A DNA stretch of 64,000 nt from an uncultured Bacillota bacterium (GTDB lineage Bacteria; Bacillota; Clostridia; Christensenellales; UBA1242), in NCBI GenBank assembly GCA_949296805.1, contig CASFPO010000045.1, positions 37,330-101,329 of the forward strand, in the 5' to 3' direction. Shown one piece after another: positions 25,868 through 35,944 of this stretch. Position 1 is the first letter of the stretch. Each line of letters starts with the position of its first letter. Below the pieces are notes generated by a model. It saw only the letters and a list, made by a program, of their open reading frames with translations, was not told the DNA's origin and did no database searches. A program made the translations under genes and the position numbers.

Positions 25868-28800
25868 TTAAACCTCCTGAGCGTGTTTGATAGCGTCAGA
25901 CAGAAGAACAGATACAATTTTAGACACACCTTTCTCTTCCATTGTAACGCCATACAAAGCATCGGCATATTCCATAGTTGGCTTTTTGTGAGTTATAAGA
26001 ATAAATTGTGTTTCTGAGGCAAGCTTTTTAAGATATTTATCTACAATTTCTACGTTAGAGTCATCTAGCGCTGCCTCAACCTCGTCAAACAAACAGAATG
26101 GCAACGGTTTAATTCTAAGAATGGCAAATATCACAGCCATTGCAGTTAAAGATTTTTCTCCACCTGAGAGTAAGGTCATATTTTGAATTTTCTTTCCAGG
26201 CGGTTGAGCGAATATTTCCACTCCCGACTCAAGAGGGTCACTTTCATCTGACAGGGCAAGTTTTGCTGTACCGCCACCAAAAAGTTCTCTAAAGGTAAGC
26301 TTAAAACTTTCATTAATACGATTAAGTTCATTGTTGAACTTTTCAATCATAATTCCTGACAAGTCTTTTATAATTTTATTTAAATCCTCCTGTGCTTTTT
26401 CAAGGTCCATAGCCTGACCATTAAGGTCATCATACCTATCAAGAAGGCTTTTGCAATCTTCAATCGCATTTACATTGACATAACCAAGAGCATTGATATC
26501 CTTTTTAAGCTTGCCTATTTCAGGCATTGCAACCTCAATATCAAAGTCAGCTCGTCTTAAATCTAAACAAGTGCTATAGGACAAAGAATATTCCTCATAA
26601 ATTCTCTCCTGCATTTGCTCAAGCTCGGTGTCAACTTTAGACAAGTTCATCTCTTCTCTAAATTTTTTATCTTTTAAATTAGATAAATCTTCCATTAAAG
26701 AAGCCTTATTATTATCAAGCTCTTTGATTCTGTCAGAAAGTTTAGCCTTATCAGCCTCTACATTTGCTCGTTTGGAGATATGCTCTTCAAGTTCAACTTT
26801 CTTAGCGGAAGACGGTGCTGAGGCAAGCTTTTCTTTAATCATATCTTCGCAAGCTTGAATAAACTGCTCATTCTTTTCAATCTGCTCACTAAGATTAACC
26901 AAATTAAGCTTATATCTACCTAGATCATTGTCTAATCTGTCGATATCATTTTTAGCAGAATCAAGCTTTGTTTTTGTTTCAGCTATTTCCACCTTAACTG
27001 TTAAGATATTGTTATTTAACTGATCTCTTTGAGCCCTAAGTTTTTCAAACTTTTCTTTCTTTTCTTTAATAAGCTCATCAGCATCTATTTTGTTGCCTGA
27101 CAGTGCACTCTCAATTTTTTCTGATTTTTCAAGCTCTTGACTGATAAGATTAAGTTTATTTTTAACGGTATTTGCTTCCATTTGGGCAACTCTATAGTTA
27201 TCCTCAGCTCCCTCAACTATTGCCTTTACATTATTAAGTTTTTCTTTATCAGAGGCTATCTCAATCTCCAGTGCGTTCTTCTTGCTTGACAAACTATCAA
27301 GTTTTTCCTTTTGAGAGTTAAACTTTTGGTAACTTGAACTTGTCTCCTTGTTAATACTTTCAATCCTCTGTTCAAGTTTAACAATTTCGATTCCAAGAGT
27401 TTCGATTTCCCTCTCTCTTCCTATAAGGTTAGAGGACTCAGCTTTTTTACTACCGCCAGTTAGTGAGCCTTGAGGATTGACCACATCCCCATCTAGCGTT
27501 ACTATCCTAAAAGCATAGCCACTAGACTTTGCAAGGTTAACGGCAGTGTTTAAATTGTCAACTATCACAGTATTCCCTAAAAGGTTGCTAACTACGTTTT
27601 CTATCTCTTTATTATAGTCAACAAGCGAACTTGCAAGTCCAAAACATCCAGGTTTGCCTAAAATCTGCCTTTCATCAAACGCTCGTCTTTTCATTGACGT
27701 AATCGGCAAAAAGGTAGCTCTACCAAAAGAGTTATCCTTTAAAAATTTGATTAACTTTTTAGCACCCTCTTCATCGTATGTGACTATATTTTGAACAGCT
27801 CCTCCAAGAGCTACTTCGATGGCTGTTTCAAACTTTTCAGGCACTTTTATAAGTGAGGCAACAACGCCAACAATAATATTTTTAATAGCTACATTCTTGT
27901 CGCTTTCTCTAAGCAGTTTTTTTACAGCATAAGAATAACCCTCATACTCATTTTGCAAATCAGTGAGCAATTTTTTTCTATTTTCATAAACTTTAATTTG
28001 AGTATTAATGTTAGCTTTTTCATTTTCAAGCTCTTTTATCTTTCTTTCCAAAAGATAGTTGCCACTAACAAGCTCCTCAAACTGCTTTTTTATTTCAGCA
28101 AGAGCTTGCTCTTTATTTTCTAAAACACTTAAGCTTTCTTTTAAAACCTTTTTATTTTCATCACTTTTATTTTGCAAGTTAAGTAAATCATCATTTAGAT
28201 TTTGCAAGCTTGTAGTTAAAAGTTCTTTTTCAGCTAAAAGTCTAGAAACCGAGCTTTTTATATCACTTAGTGAGCCAAGTGTCTCGATTATCTTTTGCTG
28301 TCCTTGTCCTGCCTCATCTTCACTTAAAATCAATTCATTAGCAATAACAGAATATTTTTCAGAAAGCTCATCAAACGACTTTTCAAGAGCCTCTAAGTCG
28401 TCATTGAGCGACTTAAGTGTCTGCTCTTTAACTTCTTTTTCTTCCTCACACACTTCTATAGCTGTTTGAGTGTTTGCTTTATCAAGATTAAGCCTATCAT
28501 TTTCTTTGTATGTATAATTGATACGCTCTCTTGCAATTTTAGTCTCACTTTCTTGTTTTTCAAGATTTATAGTAAGCTGTAAAATCTTATCATTAAGCTC
28601 TGCCAAAGTTTTATCAAAATTAGTAAGGTCAAACATACATTTATCATAATCACTATTTGCTTGATCCAAGTCTTGTTGTCTTAAATCTATCTGTTTATTT
28701 AATGCGTCAAGTTTTAAATTAATCTTCTCTTTAACATCATTGGCATTTTCATATTGATAAATATAAGCATTAACCTCAAGGTCCTTAAGTCTGCCTTTAT

Positions 28801-29452
28801 ATTCAAGATATTTTTTAGCATTTTCAGCCTGTTTTTTTAAAGGTCCCATCTGCCTTTCAATCTCAGACAAAATATCCTTAACCCTAGTTAAGTTGTCATT
28901 TGTTCTCTCAAGTTTTCGCTCAGCCTCTTTCTTGTCATTTTTATATTTAGAAATTCCAGCAGCGTCCTCAAACATAGCCCGTCTATTTTCAGGCTTTGCA
29001 TCAACAAGCTCGGTAACTTTGCCTTGGCTTATAACAGAATATCCGTTTTTACCCAGTCCGCTATTGTATAAAAGATTGGTAATATCTCTTAAATGACAGG
29101 TGTTTCTATTAATTAAATATTCACTTTCTCCCGAGCGATAAAGCTTTCTAGTAATGGCAAGCTCATCATAATCAAAATTAAAAAATCTTGTGCTGTTATC
29201 AAAGGTAAGTGTAACCTCACAGTAAGAAAGACTTTTTCTCTTTTCAGTGCCGTTAAAAATAACATCTTGCATACTATCGCCACGCAAGGTCTTTGGACTT
29301 TGTTCTCCAAGCACCCATCTTATTGCATCGGAAACATTACTCTTTCCACAACCATTTGGTCCAACTATAGCTGTAAAATTGTCATTAAATTCAATGATTG
29401 TTCTATCAGCAAAAGACTTAAAGCCTACCATTTCTATCTTTTTAAAAATCAT
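25868..29452 (-). CDS. smc: chromosome segregation protein SMC
   Basis: Start trimmed to MIFKKIEMVGFKSF. Walker A (GPNGCGKSN), long coiled coils, a hinge (VVASLIKVPEKFETAIEVALGG) and a C-terminal signature plus Walker B (LSGGEKSLTAMAVIFA..PFCLFDEVEAALD). Confidence 0.97.
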   Translation of the reverse strand: MIFKKIEMVGFKSFADRTIIEFNDNFTAIVGPNGCGKSNVSDAIRWVLGEQSPKTLRGDSMQDVIFNGTEKRKSLSYCEVTLTFDNSTRFFNFDYDELAITRKLYRSGESEYLINRNTCHLRDITNLLYNSGLGKNGYSVISQGKVTELVDAKPENRRAMFEDAAGISKYKNDKKEAERKLERTNDNLTRVKDILSEIERQMGPLKKQAENAKKYLEYKGRLKDLEVNAYIYQYENANDVKEKINLKLDALNKQIDLRQQDLDQANSDYDKCMFDLTNFDKTLAELNDKILQLTINLEKQESETKIARERINYTYKENDRLNLDKANTQTAIEVCEEEKEVKEQTLKSLNDDLEALEKSFDELSEKYSVIANELILSEDEAGQGQQKIIETLGSLSDIKSSVSRLLAEKELLTTSLQNLNDDLLNLQNKSDENKKVLKESLSVLENKEQALAEIKKQFEELVSGNYLLERKIKELENEKANINTQIKVYENRKKLLTDLQNEYEGYSYAVKKLLRESDKNVAIKNIIVGVVASLIKVPEKFETAIEVALGGAVQNIVTYDEEGAKKLIKFLKDNSFGRATFLPITSMKRRAFDERQILGKPGCFGLASSLVDYNKEIENVVSNLLGNTVIVDNLNTAVNLAKSSGYAFRIVTLDGDVVNPQGSLTGGSKKAESSNLIGREREIETLGIEIVKLEQRIESINKETSSSYQKFNSQKEKLDSLSSKKNALEIEIASDKEKLNNVKAIVEGAEDNYRVAQMEANTVKNKLNLISQELEKSEKIESALSGNKIDADELIKEKKEKFEKLRAQRDQLNNNILTVKVEIAETKTKLDSAKNDIDRLDNDLGRYKLNLVNLSEQIEKNEQFIQACEDMIKEKLASAPSSAKKVELEEHISKRANVEADKAKLSDRIKELDNNKASLMEDLSNLKDKKFREEMNLSKVDTELEQMQERIYEEYSLSYSTCLDLRRADFDIEVAMPEIGKLKKDINALGYVNVNAIEDCKSLLDRYDDLNGQAMDLEKAQEDLNKIIKDLSGIMIEKFNNELNRINESFKLTFRELFGGGTAKLALSDESDPLESGVEIFAQPPGKKIQNMTLLSGGEKSLTAMAVIFAILRIKPLPFCLFDEVEAALDDSNVEIVDKYLKKLASETQFILITHKKPTMEYADALYGVTMEEKGVSKIVSVLLSDAIKHAQEV

Positions 29453-29534
29453 TTTATCCCCTTCCAAACATTTGCATAGGTTTTATTTAGTATAACAAAA
29501 TTGTTATATTTTTCAAAATGAATATAACAAATTC

Positions 29535-30158
29535 CTAATCAAGTAAAAAAAGTTTATCTATTGCTTTTTTTGCCGCTTCTTGCTCGGCTTCAATCTTACT
29601 TTTACCTTTGCCTGAGGCAATTTTATCTTCATCCATATAAAAGTTAGAAATAAAACCCTCTTCTACCGGCTCTGTAACATACTGCATCTTGCACTTAAAG
29701 TTACCCTGAATTAATTCTTGCAGTTTAGACTTGTAATTATCATCTACAATATTTTTATAATCCTGCAAATTAAAATTTTGTAAAATAAACTTTACAACTT
29801 CGCTATAACCATTCTCTCCAGCGTCAATATAGATTGCACCAATTAAAGCCTCAACGATGTCCCCTTTGATTGCCTTTGAAATAGCACCTTGATAGCTTTT
29901 GCCAAGGATAACCTCTTTTTCAATATCAAGTTTGTCAAAAATAGTTGCTAGATAATTTTCTGAAACATAATGGCTTCGCAGAATGGTCAGTCTCCCCTCG
30001 TCCTCACTGCAATTTTTAAAAAAATATTCTCCAACCACAAAGTCTAAAATACTATCTCCTAAAAACTCCAGTCTTTCATAATTTTTATCCGATTTAGAAG
30101 AATGAGTCAACGCTCTTTCTAGAATGTTTTTGTCTTTAAATTTGTAATCTATTTTCAA
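29535..30158 (-). CDS. rnc: ribonuclease III (TTG start)
   Basis: RNase III signature ERLEFLGDSILDF with a C-terminal dsRBD (GKGKSKIEAEQEAAKKAI). AGGAGG SD before a TTG start. Confidence 0.92.
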   Translation of the reverse strand: MKIDYKFKDKNILERALTHSSKSDKNYERLEFLGDSILDFVVGEYFFKNCSEDEGRLTILRSHYVSENYLATIFDKLDIEKEVILGKSYQGAISKAIKGDIVEALIGAIYIDAGENGYSEVVKFILQNFNLQDYKNIVDDNYKSKLQELIQGNFKCKMQYVTEPVEEGFISNFYMDEDKIASGKGKSKIEAEQEAAKKAIDKLFLLD

Positions 30159-30246
30159 CTCATCCTCCTTTCACTTTTTTTGCTATAGCCCGCACAATTA
30201 CTAATTAATACAATGCACAATGTTTATGTATAACGTCAGAATAGAT

Positions 30247-31257
30247 TTAAGCGTTTTCCTGGCTATTTAGCTTGTTTATAGCCTCTTCAATCCTCTGATT
30301 TAAATGATTCTCGTGCAGAATGATAGTTTTTTCGATGGAGGCTAGTATGTTATTCCTTTTGCAAGAGCCATGATTTTTAACTATTAATTTTTTACAACCA
30401 AGCAGTGGAGAGCCACCATGTTTGCTCAAAATATCAACTCTATCTTTTATATCTTTAAAGGTTTTCTTCATAAAAAGATAGCCTATTTTGCTTAAGAAAT
30501 GAGCTTTAATGCTTTTCTTTAAAATTGATATTACAGCACCAACTGCACCCTCAGTACCCTTTAAAAGAGCGTTACCAGCAAAGCCGTCTGCCACCATAAC
30601 ATCAACGTCTCCACTCATAAAATCTCCGCCCTCTTTGTTACCAATAAAATTAATTGGCGCATTCTTTAAAAGCGGATAGGTTTCCTTTGCAAGTTCATTG
30701 CCTTTTTCTTCTTCAGCTCCATTATTTAAAAGAGCGACTCTTGGTTCTTTTTTGTTGTATACAATAGAATAATATGCCGAACCCATAAGAGCAAAATGTA
30801 AAAGATTAATAGGCTTACAATCAATATTTGCTCCGCTATCAATAATGATAACATCACTATCCTTTTTAGTTGGCAAAATTGGAGCTAAAGCTGGCCTTGA
30901 TATACCCTTAATTCTCCCGATTTTCATAATTGCACCCGCAAGCACAGCACCAGTACTTCCAGCACTTACAAGACCTATAACATCCTCTCTATTTTTTAAT
31001 ACATCATACGCAACAACTAAAGAAGAGTTTGGCTTATGCCTAATAGCCTCTGTAGGATGATCATCATTTGTAATAACCTCATCAGCATTAACAATTTCTA
31101 CTCTCTCATTCCTGCCATTTAATATCTTTGTGATTATTTCTTCTTTTCCGCAAAGGATAACCTCTAAATCTTTAAATTGTTTTAGAGCAAGCAAAGCTCC
31201 CTCAACTATCTCAAGTGGTGCGTTATCCCCACCAAAAGCATCAACTACAATCTTCAT
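30247..31257 (-). CDS. plsX: phosphate acyltransferase PlsX
   Basis: Start trimmed to MKIVVDAFGGDNAP (AAGGAG SD). Also GSTGA and the DGFAGNALLK motif. Confidence 0.95.
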   Translation of the reverse strand: MKIVVDAFGGDNAPLEIVEGALLALKQFKDLEVILCGKEEIITKILNGRNERVEIVNADEVITNDDHPTEAIRHKPNSSLVVAYDVLKNREDVIGLVSAGSTGAVLAGAIMKIGRIKGISRPALAPILPTKKDSDVIIIDSGANIDCKPINLLHFALMGSAYYSIVYNKKEPRVALLNNGAEEEKGNELAKETYPLLKNAPINFIGNKEGGDFMSGDVDVMVADGFAGNALLKGTEGAVGAVISILKKSIKAHFLSKIGYLFMKKTFKDIKDRVDILSKHGGSPLLGCKKLIVKNHGSCKRNNILASIEKTIILHENHLNQRIEEAINKLNSQENA

Positions 31258-31433
31258 AATTAACTCCTTAATTTGCTTTAATACAAAAACTCTATAAAAT
31301 ATAATATCAAATTGTAAGATATTTTGCAAACTATTTTTAAATTTTACAAATTTTTTAAATGCATTTCATTTGTCACTATATATAGTATTTTGTATGCAAT
31401 ACATAATACAATATATAGTAATTTATTTGCAAA

Positions 31434-31480
31434 TAAAAAAGAAAGGCAATAGTGTTTTGTTTTAATGCCTTTCTTTTTTG
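31434..31480 (-). terminator. intrinsic terminator after rpmF
   Basis: 10-bp stem aagaaaggca/tgcctttctt flanked by A- and T-runs, 11 nt downstream of the rpmF stop. Confidence 0.7.
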
Positions 31481-31490
31481 TGATAATGAT

Positions 31491-31682
31491 TTATTTTTTT
31501 TCTTCTTTCTTTTCTATAATAGTTTCGCCTTTATATGTGCCACACTTCTTACAAACGGTATGAGGTTTTTTAATCTCGTGACATTGTGGGCATTCAACAA
31601 GTGTAGGCATAACTGCTTTAGAATTAGCAGAATGTCTTGAATTTCTTCTTGCTTTAGAAACTTTATGCTTTGGAACTGCCAT
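31491..31682 (-). CDS. rpmF: 50S ribosomal protein L32 (Zn-ribbon form with a Lys/Glu tail)
   Basis: MAVPKHKVSKARRNSRHS... with the CxxC...CxxC zinc ribbon. Confidence 0.95.
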   Translation of the reverse strand: MAVPKHKVSKARRNSRHSANSKAVMPTLVECPQCHEIKKPHTVCKKCGTYKGETIIEKKEEKK

Positions 31683-31726
31683 TTTTCCCTCCTTAAAATA
31701 GTGTAATTAATTATTTATGCTCTTCA

Positions 31727-31755
31727 ATTATAATAATAAATGGATTATTTGTCAA
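31727..31755 (-). promoter_or_regulatory. sigma-A promoter of rpmF
   Basis: TTGACA (31750-31755), a 17-nt spacer, then TATAAT (31727-31732) on the minus strand. Confidence 0.7.
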
Positions 31756-31810
31756 GTTATTTTTAAAGATTACAATATATTGTTTTATTAATCTTTATAT
31801 TAATTGTAAT

Positions 31811-33016
31811 TTACTTTTTACTTTGCACTAAAGCTAATGTATCTCTTGCTATAAGTAGCTCTTCATTGGTAGGTATTCTAAATACTTTAACTTTGGATTT
31901 ATTGGTACTGATTTCTTCTATTGTACCTCTTGGAAGAGTATTGTTTTTCTTTTCATCTATAATAATACCATAATTTTCCATATCCTTAAGAGCACCTACT
32001 CGCAAATCTTCTTGATTTTCGCCTATTCCACCAGTAAACACAATTGCATCCACCTTGCCAAGCACTGCCATAAAGGCACCTATATACTTTTTAACCCTAT
32101 AGATAAGCATATCAAGTGCAAGCTTTGCTCTTTCATTGCCCTGCTCTATTGCAACATTAAGCTCACGCATATCGCTTGAAACTCCACTAACGCCCAAAAC
32201 ACCACATTGTTTGTTTAAATAATTTACTACTTCATCGGCGGTCATATTTTTCTTATTTCCAAGATAGCTTACAACGGTTGGGTCAATATCTCCCGAACGA
32301 GTACCCATCATCAGACCTTCAAGTGGAGTCAACCCCATTGTTGTATCAATACTTTTTCCATTCTTGATGGCTGTTATTGATGAACCATTACCTAAATGAA
32401 CAGTAATTAAATTTAATTGCTCTGGCTTTTTATTTAGCAATCTACTAGCTTCTCCCATTACATATCTATGACTTGTCCCATGAAAGCCGTACTTTCTTAT
32501 ATGGTATTGTTGATAATCTTCATATTTAATACCGTACATATACGCTTTTGGTGGCATTGTTGCATGAAAAGAGGTATCAAAAACTACTACTTGTGGAGTG
32601 TTAGGCATAAGCATAGCACAGCCCTTGTACCCTGCCATATTAGCGTGTGCATGCAAAGGAGATAGCTCTTCAACCAAATTCAATTTTTTTACAGCTTCAT
32701 CATTCAAAAAGGTGCTTTTATCAAATACCCAACCACCTTGCACAAATCTATGACCTACAGCACCAATTTCAGAAACGTCCTTTATAACTCCCTCTTTTTT
32801 GTCAGTCAAGATTTTAAAAACATTTTCCATTGCAACCTTATGGTCGGGCATATTAACTTTAACTTCTTTCTTGTCTCCGCTTAGCTTGTAGCCAATAAAC
32901 GAACCTTCAAGCCCTATCTTTTCACAATTACCTTTTGCAAGAACAGTCTCATTGTCCATATCAAACAATTGGAATTTTAAAGATGAGCTTCCTGCATTTA
33001 CAACTAAAATTTTCAT
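31811..33016 (-). CDS. ackA: acetate kinase
   Basis: MKILVVNAGSSSLKFQLF, GHRFVQGG, FDTSFH, YGFHGTSH and FTGGIGEN are acetate kinase signatures. Confidence 0.96.
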   Translation of the reverse strand: MKILVVNAGSSSLKFQLFDMDNETVLAKGNCEKIGLEGSFIGYKLSGDKKEVKVNMPDHKVAMENVFKILTDKKEGVIKDVSEIGAVGHRFVQGGWVFDKSTFLNDEAVKKLNLVEELSPLHAHANMAGYKGCAMLMPNTPQVVVFDTSFHATMPPKAYMYGIKYEDYQQYHIRKYGFHGTSHRYVMGEASRLLNKKPEQLNLITVHLGNGSSITAIKNGKSIDTTMGLTPLEGLMMGTRSGDIDPTVVSYLGNKKNMTADEVVNYLNKQCGVLGVSGVSSDMRELNVAIEQGNERAKLALDMLIYRVKKYIGAFMAVLGKVDAIVFTGGIGENQEDLRVGALKDMENYGIIIDEKKNNTLPRGTIEEISTNKSKVKVFRIPTNEELLIARDTLALVQSKK

Positions 33017-34008
33017 TTTCCCTCCAAATTATTTTTATTGTTTGCTTGTAAAACCGTTACAGCTGTTACTGTTATTATATCTTCAACACTACAACCTCTA
33101 GAAAGGTCATTTATTGGTTTATTAAGTCCCTGTAAAATAGGCCCTATGGCATTTAAGCCACCTATATACTGCATAGCTTTGTAACATATATTTCCACTAT
33201 TCAAATCAGGGAAAATCAATATGTTGGCATCGCCTTTTATAGGGCTTTGTGGAGCTTTCTGTTTTGCAACTCTCTCTACCATTGCACTGTCAAACTGCAA
33301 TTCTCCATCACAAAGCACTCCTGTTTTTTTAAACTTTTCATAAGCCTTTCTTACAACATCAACGCTTTCATCTTTTGCTGAGCCTTTACTAGAAAAAGAT
33401 AGAAAAGCTACTTTTGGCTCGCTAAGTCCCAAACTTCTATAAGTTTCAACGCTTTGGCAGGCTATCTGATAAAGTTCATCTTCTGTTGGATGCATAATCA
33501 CGCCACAATCAGCTATTACCAAGCATTTATCCTTTAGAAACTTATTCTTCCCAAACATTATAAAGCAAGAAGAAACAATTCCGCCTTTGCGTTTTGCTTT
33601 TACTATTTGCAAGGCAGGTCTTACAGTATTGGCTGTGGACGCCTCAGCTCCAGCAACCATTCCATCAGCATAGCCAGCGTCAACCAGCAAAGTTGCAAAG
33701 TAATAGGGGTCAAGTGCTTGACTCTCTGCCTCCTGCATGGTCATACCTTTATCTTTACGTTTTTCATACAATCTTTTTACTAAATCTTCACGGTTTTGAA
33801 AGGTTTTAGGATTGATAATTTGAAAATCAATCAAAGATTTATCTCTTAAAACCAACGCACTTTCATCTCCTATCAAAATTGGACGTGCGATATCCTTTTT
33901 TTGAATATATTTTACAGCCTCAATAGTTCGGTCACTAAACCCAGCTTCAGGAAAAACTATCGTCTTTTTTAACTTACTTGCTTTTTTGTAAAGCTCTTTA
34001 ACTTTCAT
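33013..34008 (-). CDS. pta: phosphate acetyltransferase
   Basis: 331 aa, PTA_PTB family (ADGMVAG, ILIFPDLNSGNI.YK, LSRG.S). Overlaps the ackA start by 4 nt. Confidence 0.92.
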   Translation of the reverse strand: MKVKELYKKASKLKKTIVFPEAGFSDRTIEAVKYIQKKDIARPILIGDESALVLRDKSLIDFQIINPKTFQNREDLVKRLYEKRKDKGMTMQEAESQALDPYYFATLLVDAGYADGMVAGAEASTANTVRPALQIVKAKRKGGIVSSCFIMFGKNKFLKDKCLVIADCGVIMHPTEDELYQIACQSVETYRSLGLSEPKVAFLSFSSKGSAKDESVDVVRKAYEKFKKTGVLCDGELQFDSAMVERVAKQKAPQSPIKGDANILIFPDLNSGNICYKAMQYIGGLNAIGPILQGLNKPINDLSRGCSVEDIITVTAVTVLQANNKNNLEGK

Positions 34009-34144
34009 CTATCAACCTCTCTGAATAATTTATTGTAGTCCATCCACATAGAATACTATTACAAGTCTCTTGCAGTCGTCACAACAATTACTAAATAATT
34101 ATATACTTTTAAGAAATCTATGTCAAATTTTTGGAGTTAAAATT

Positions 34145-35071
34145 ATGGAGAAATATAAGATTTTTTTATCCATTTTAATATTTTATATAATTATAAATAT
34201 GATTATCTTTCCTGATGTCTATATAGGACAAGCTTTAAATGGAATAAGTGCATGGGCATTCAATGTTCTACCTAGTGTACTACCCTTTATATTTTTTACA
34301 AAAGTGTTATCCTCTTTAGGTGTGATAGAAAAAATTTCTAATTTTTTTAAAAAACCTACAAATGTGTTGTTTAAAACTCCTCCTATATCATCTTATGTAT
34401 TTTTAACAAGTATCATATCAGGCTACCCTGTTGGAGCCAAGATGACGGCTGACCTATATCAGAGCGGGGAAATTACCAAAAGTGACGCATACAAAATGAC
34501 CAGTTTTTGTTCAACCTCAGGGCCTATGTTTATAATAGGTGCAGTTGGGATAGGACTTTTTAAAAGTTTAATATTTGGGTACATCATATTTGTCTCTCAT
34601 ATTTTAGGTGCTTTAGTGAATGGCGTCTTATATAGAAATTTAAAAGTAAACGAAGAGGGTTTTAATAAAGTTGCAAAACAAAAAAACTGCCAACAAAATG
34701 ACCTATCGTCTATTGTGTTAGACTCCGCACTTAGTATCATTTCTGTTGGCGTTATAATTACAATATTTTTTGTGATTATAACCTCTTTTAGTCCAATCTT
34801 CAACCTCTTTCCAAACAATTTGGCTAGCATTTTGACAGGACTTATTGAGATTACCAAAGGTTGTATTGATATTTCTTCATCACTAAACGGCACACTTGCT
34901 ATTCTAGCTTGCACTTTTGTTATAAGCTTTGGAGGAATTTCCACAATTCTACAATCAATTACAATGTTAAATAAACTAAATATGCCCGTTAAACTTTTTG
35001 TTTTGCAAAAACTAACTCACGCAATCTTATCAACTATTATTGCTTTAGTTTTAACAGCAGTCTTTTTATAA
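34145..35071 (+). CDS. YlbJ-like sporulation integral membrane protein (nucleoside-recognition/Gate domains)
   Basis: Start trimmed to MEKYKIF (GGAG SD). ISGYPVGAKMTADLYQSGEITKSDAYKMTSFCSTSGPMFIIGAVG matches the YlbJ family pattern. Confidence 0.65.
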   Translation: MEKYKIFLSILIFYIIINMIIFPDVYIGQALNGISAWAFNVLPSVLPFIFFTKVLSSLGVIEKISNFFKKPTNVLFKTPPISSYVFLTSIISGYPVGAKMTADLYQSGEITKSDAYKMTSFCSTSGPMFIIGAVGIGLFKSLIFGYIIFVSHILGALVNGVLYRNLKVNEEGFNKVAKQKNCQQNDLSSIVLDSALSIISVGVIITIFFVIITSFSPIFNLFPNNLASILTGLIEITKGCIDISSSLNGTLAILACTFVISFGGISTILQSITMLNKLNMPVKLFVLQKLTHAILSTIIALVLTAVFL

Positions 35072-35091
35072 CTTCTCGGTTTTTGTTGGCT

Positions 35092-35847
35092 TTAGTCAAT
35101 ACTTAACAAATCAAGCAATTCTTTAACCAAAAATTTTACTGGTTTTGCTTTGCAAGCTCTCAAAGCAAGTGCCAGCGAGTATGTTATTTCACTATCTCGC
35201 AAATCTGTTGTTTTTATCAAGGCTTTGCATACTATGATTGCATTGCTGATATGTTCATTTGAATCATAATATTGTAACTCACTTACAATTTGAACGGCTA
35301 TTTTTTGAACCTGTTTAAAGGTGTCAGCCTCTATCTGCTCGTCATCCTCCTCTTCATCCTCTTGCTCAAATTCCTCCTCACTTTGACTATCTTCAGAGAA
35401 CTCATCTTCGTCTAAAGTTTCTCTTGCATTAATCAATTTTGGAAAGCCAAAACCTTCTGCAAGCAAGTCTCTAAATGGTACAACCATTTGATTTATAAAA
35501 GCTTTGAAAGGATTATTTTCTCTTCCAAAAAATCTTTTAACAAACTCCACTAAGTCGATTTTTTTGTTATCTATATCCACCAAAGTACAAAAAACAAAAG
35601 CTATGATTTTGTATTCCTCTTGTGGCATATCGCATACATATTCGCCTTGCCCATCTTGAATAAATGCCTTTGCAAACTCTCTATCACGATTAAATTGTTC
35701 AAGACAATCGCCTATTAACGAGCATAGCTCATCATTTCTAGCTAAAATATGTAACATTCTTTGCAGTTTATATTCCGCTACCAAGAATTTGCAGTTTATA
35801 AAATCATCACAAGCTTCAAAAAAATCACTCAAATTATATTCATTCAT
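35092..35847 (-). CDS. hypothetical acidic protein
   Basis: 251-aa ORF with a central poly-acidic linker (DEDEFSEDSQSEEEFEQEDEEEDDEQ). No recognised domain. Confidence 0.55.
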   Translation of the reverse strand: MNEYNLSDFFEACDDFINCKFLVAEYKLQRMLHILARNDELCSLIGDCLEQFNRDREFAKAFIQDGQGEYVCDMPQEEYKIIAFVFCTLVDIDNKKIDLVEFVKRFFGRENNPFKAFINQMVVPFRDLLAEGFGFPKLINARETLDEDEFSEDSQSEEEFEQEDEEEDDEQIEADTFKQVQKIAVQIVSELQYYDSNEHISNAIIVCKALIKTTDLRDSEITYSLALALRACKAKPVKFLVKELLDLLSID

Positions 35848-35910
35848 AGTTGCCCCTTTTGGTTATTCTAACATAATATTACAAAAAAACAAACAAATTA
35901 TTGAAAAAAT

Positions 35911-35938
35911 TTGATTTATTTTTAAAATATGATATAAT
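35911..35938 (+). promoter_or_regulatory. TG-extended sigma-A promoter placing the TSS at or next to the DUF4364 ATG (leaderless candidate)
   Basis: TTGATT (35911-35916), a 16-nt spacer ending in TGa, then TATAAT (35933-35938). The ATG at 35945 is 7 nt downstream and has no SD. Confidence 0.5.
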
Positions 35939-35944
35939 GTGCTA

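Noticed and set aside
26628-29495. Several plus-strand ORFs (26628-26858, 28059-28469, 28893-29096, 29247-29495, 29267-29479) encoding Ser/Leu/Phe-rich peptides inside smc
   Set aside because: They are antisense to the smc coiled-coil region, where GAA/AAG/CTT-rich codons naturally leave the opposite strand open. They lack SDs, and smc itself has unambiguous motifs.
29468-29534. tataacaa-aa-ttgttata palindrome between rnc and smc as an RNase III autoregulatory or processing site
   Set aside because: It is an 8-bp AT-only stem with a 2-nt loop and no supporting context. Such a palindrome is easily produced by chance in AT-rich DNA.
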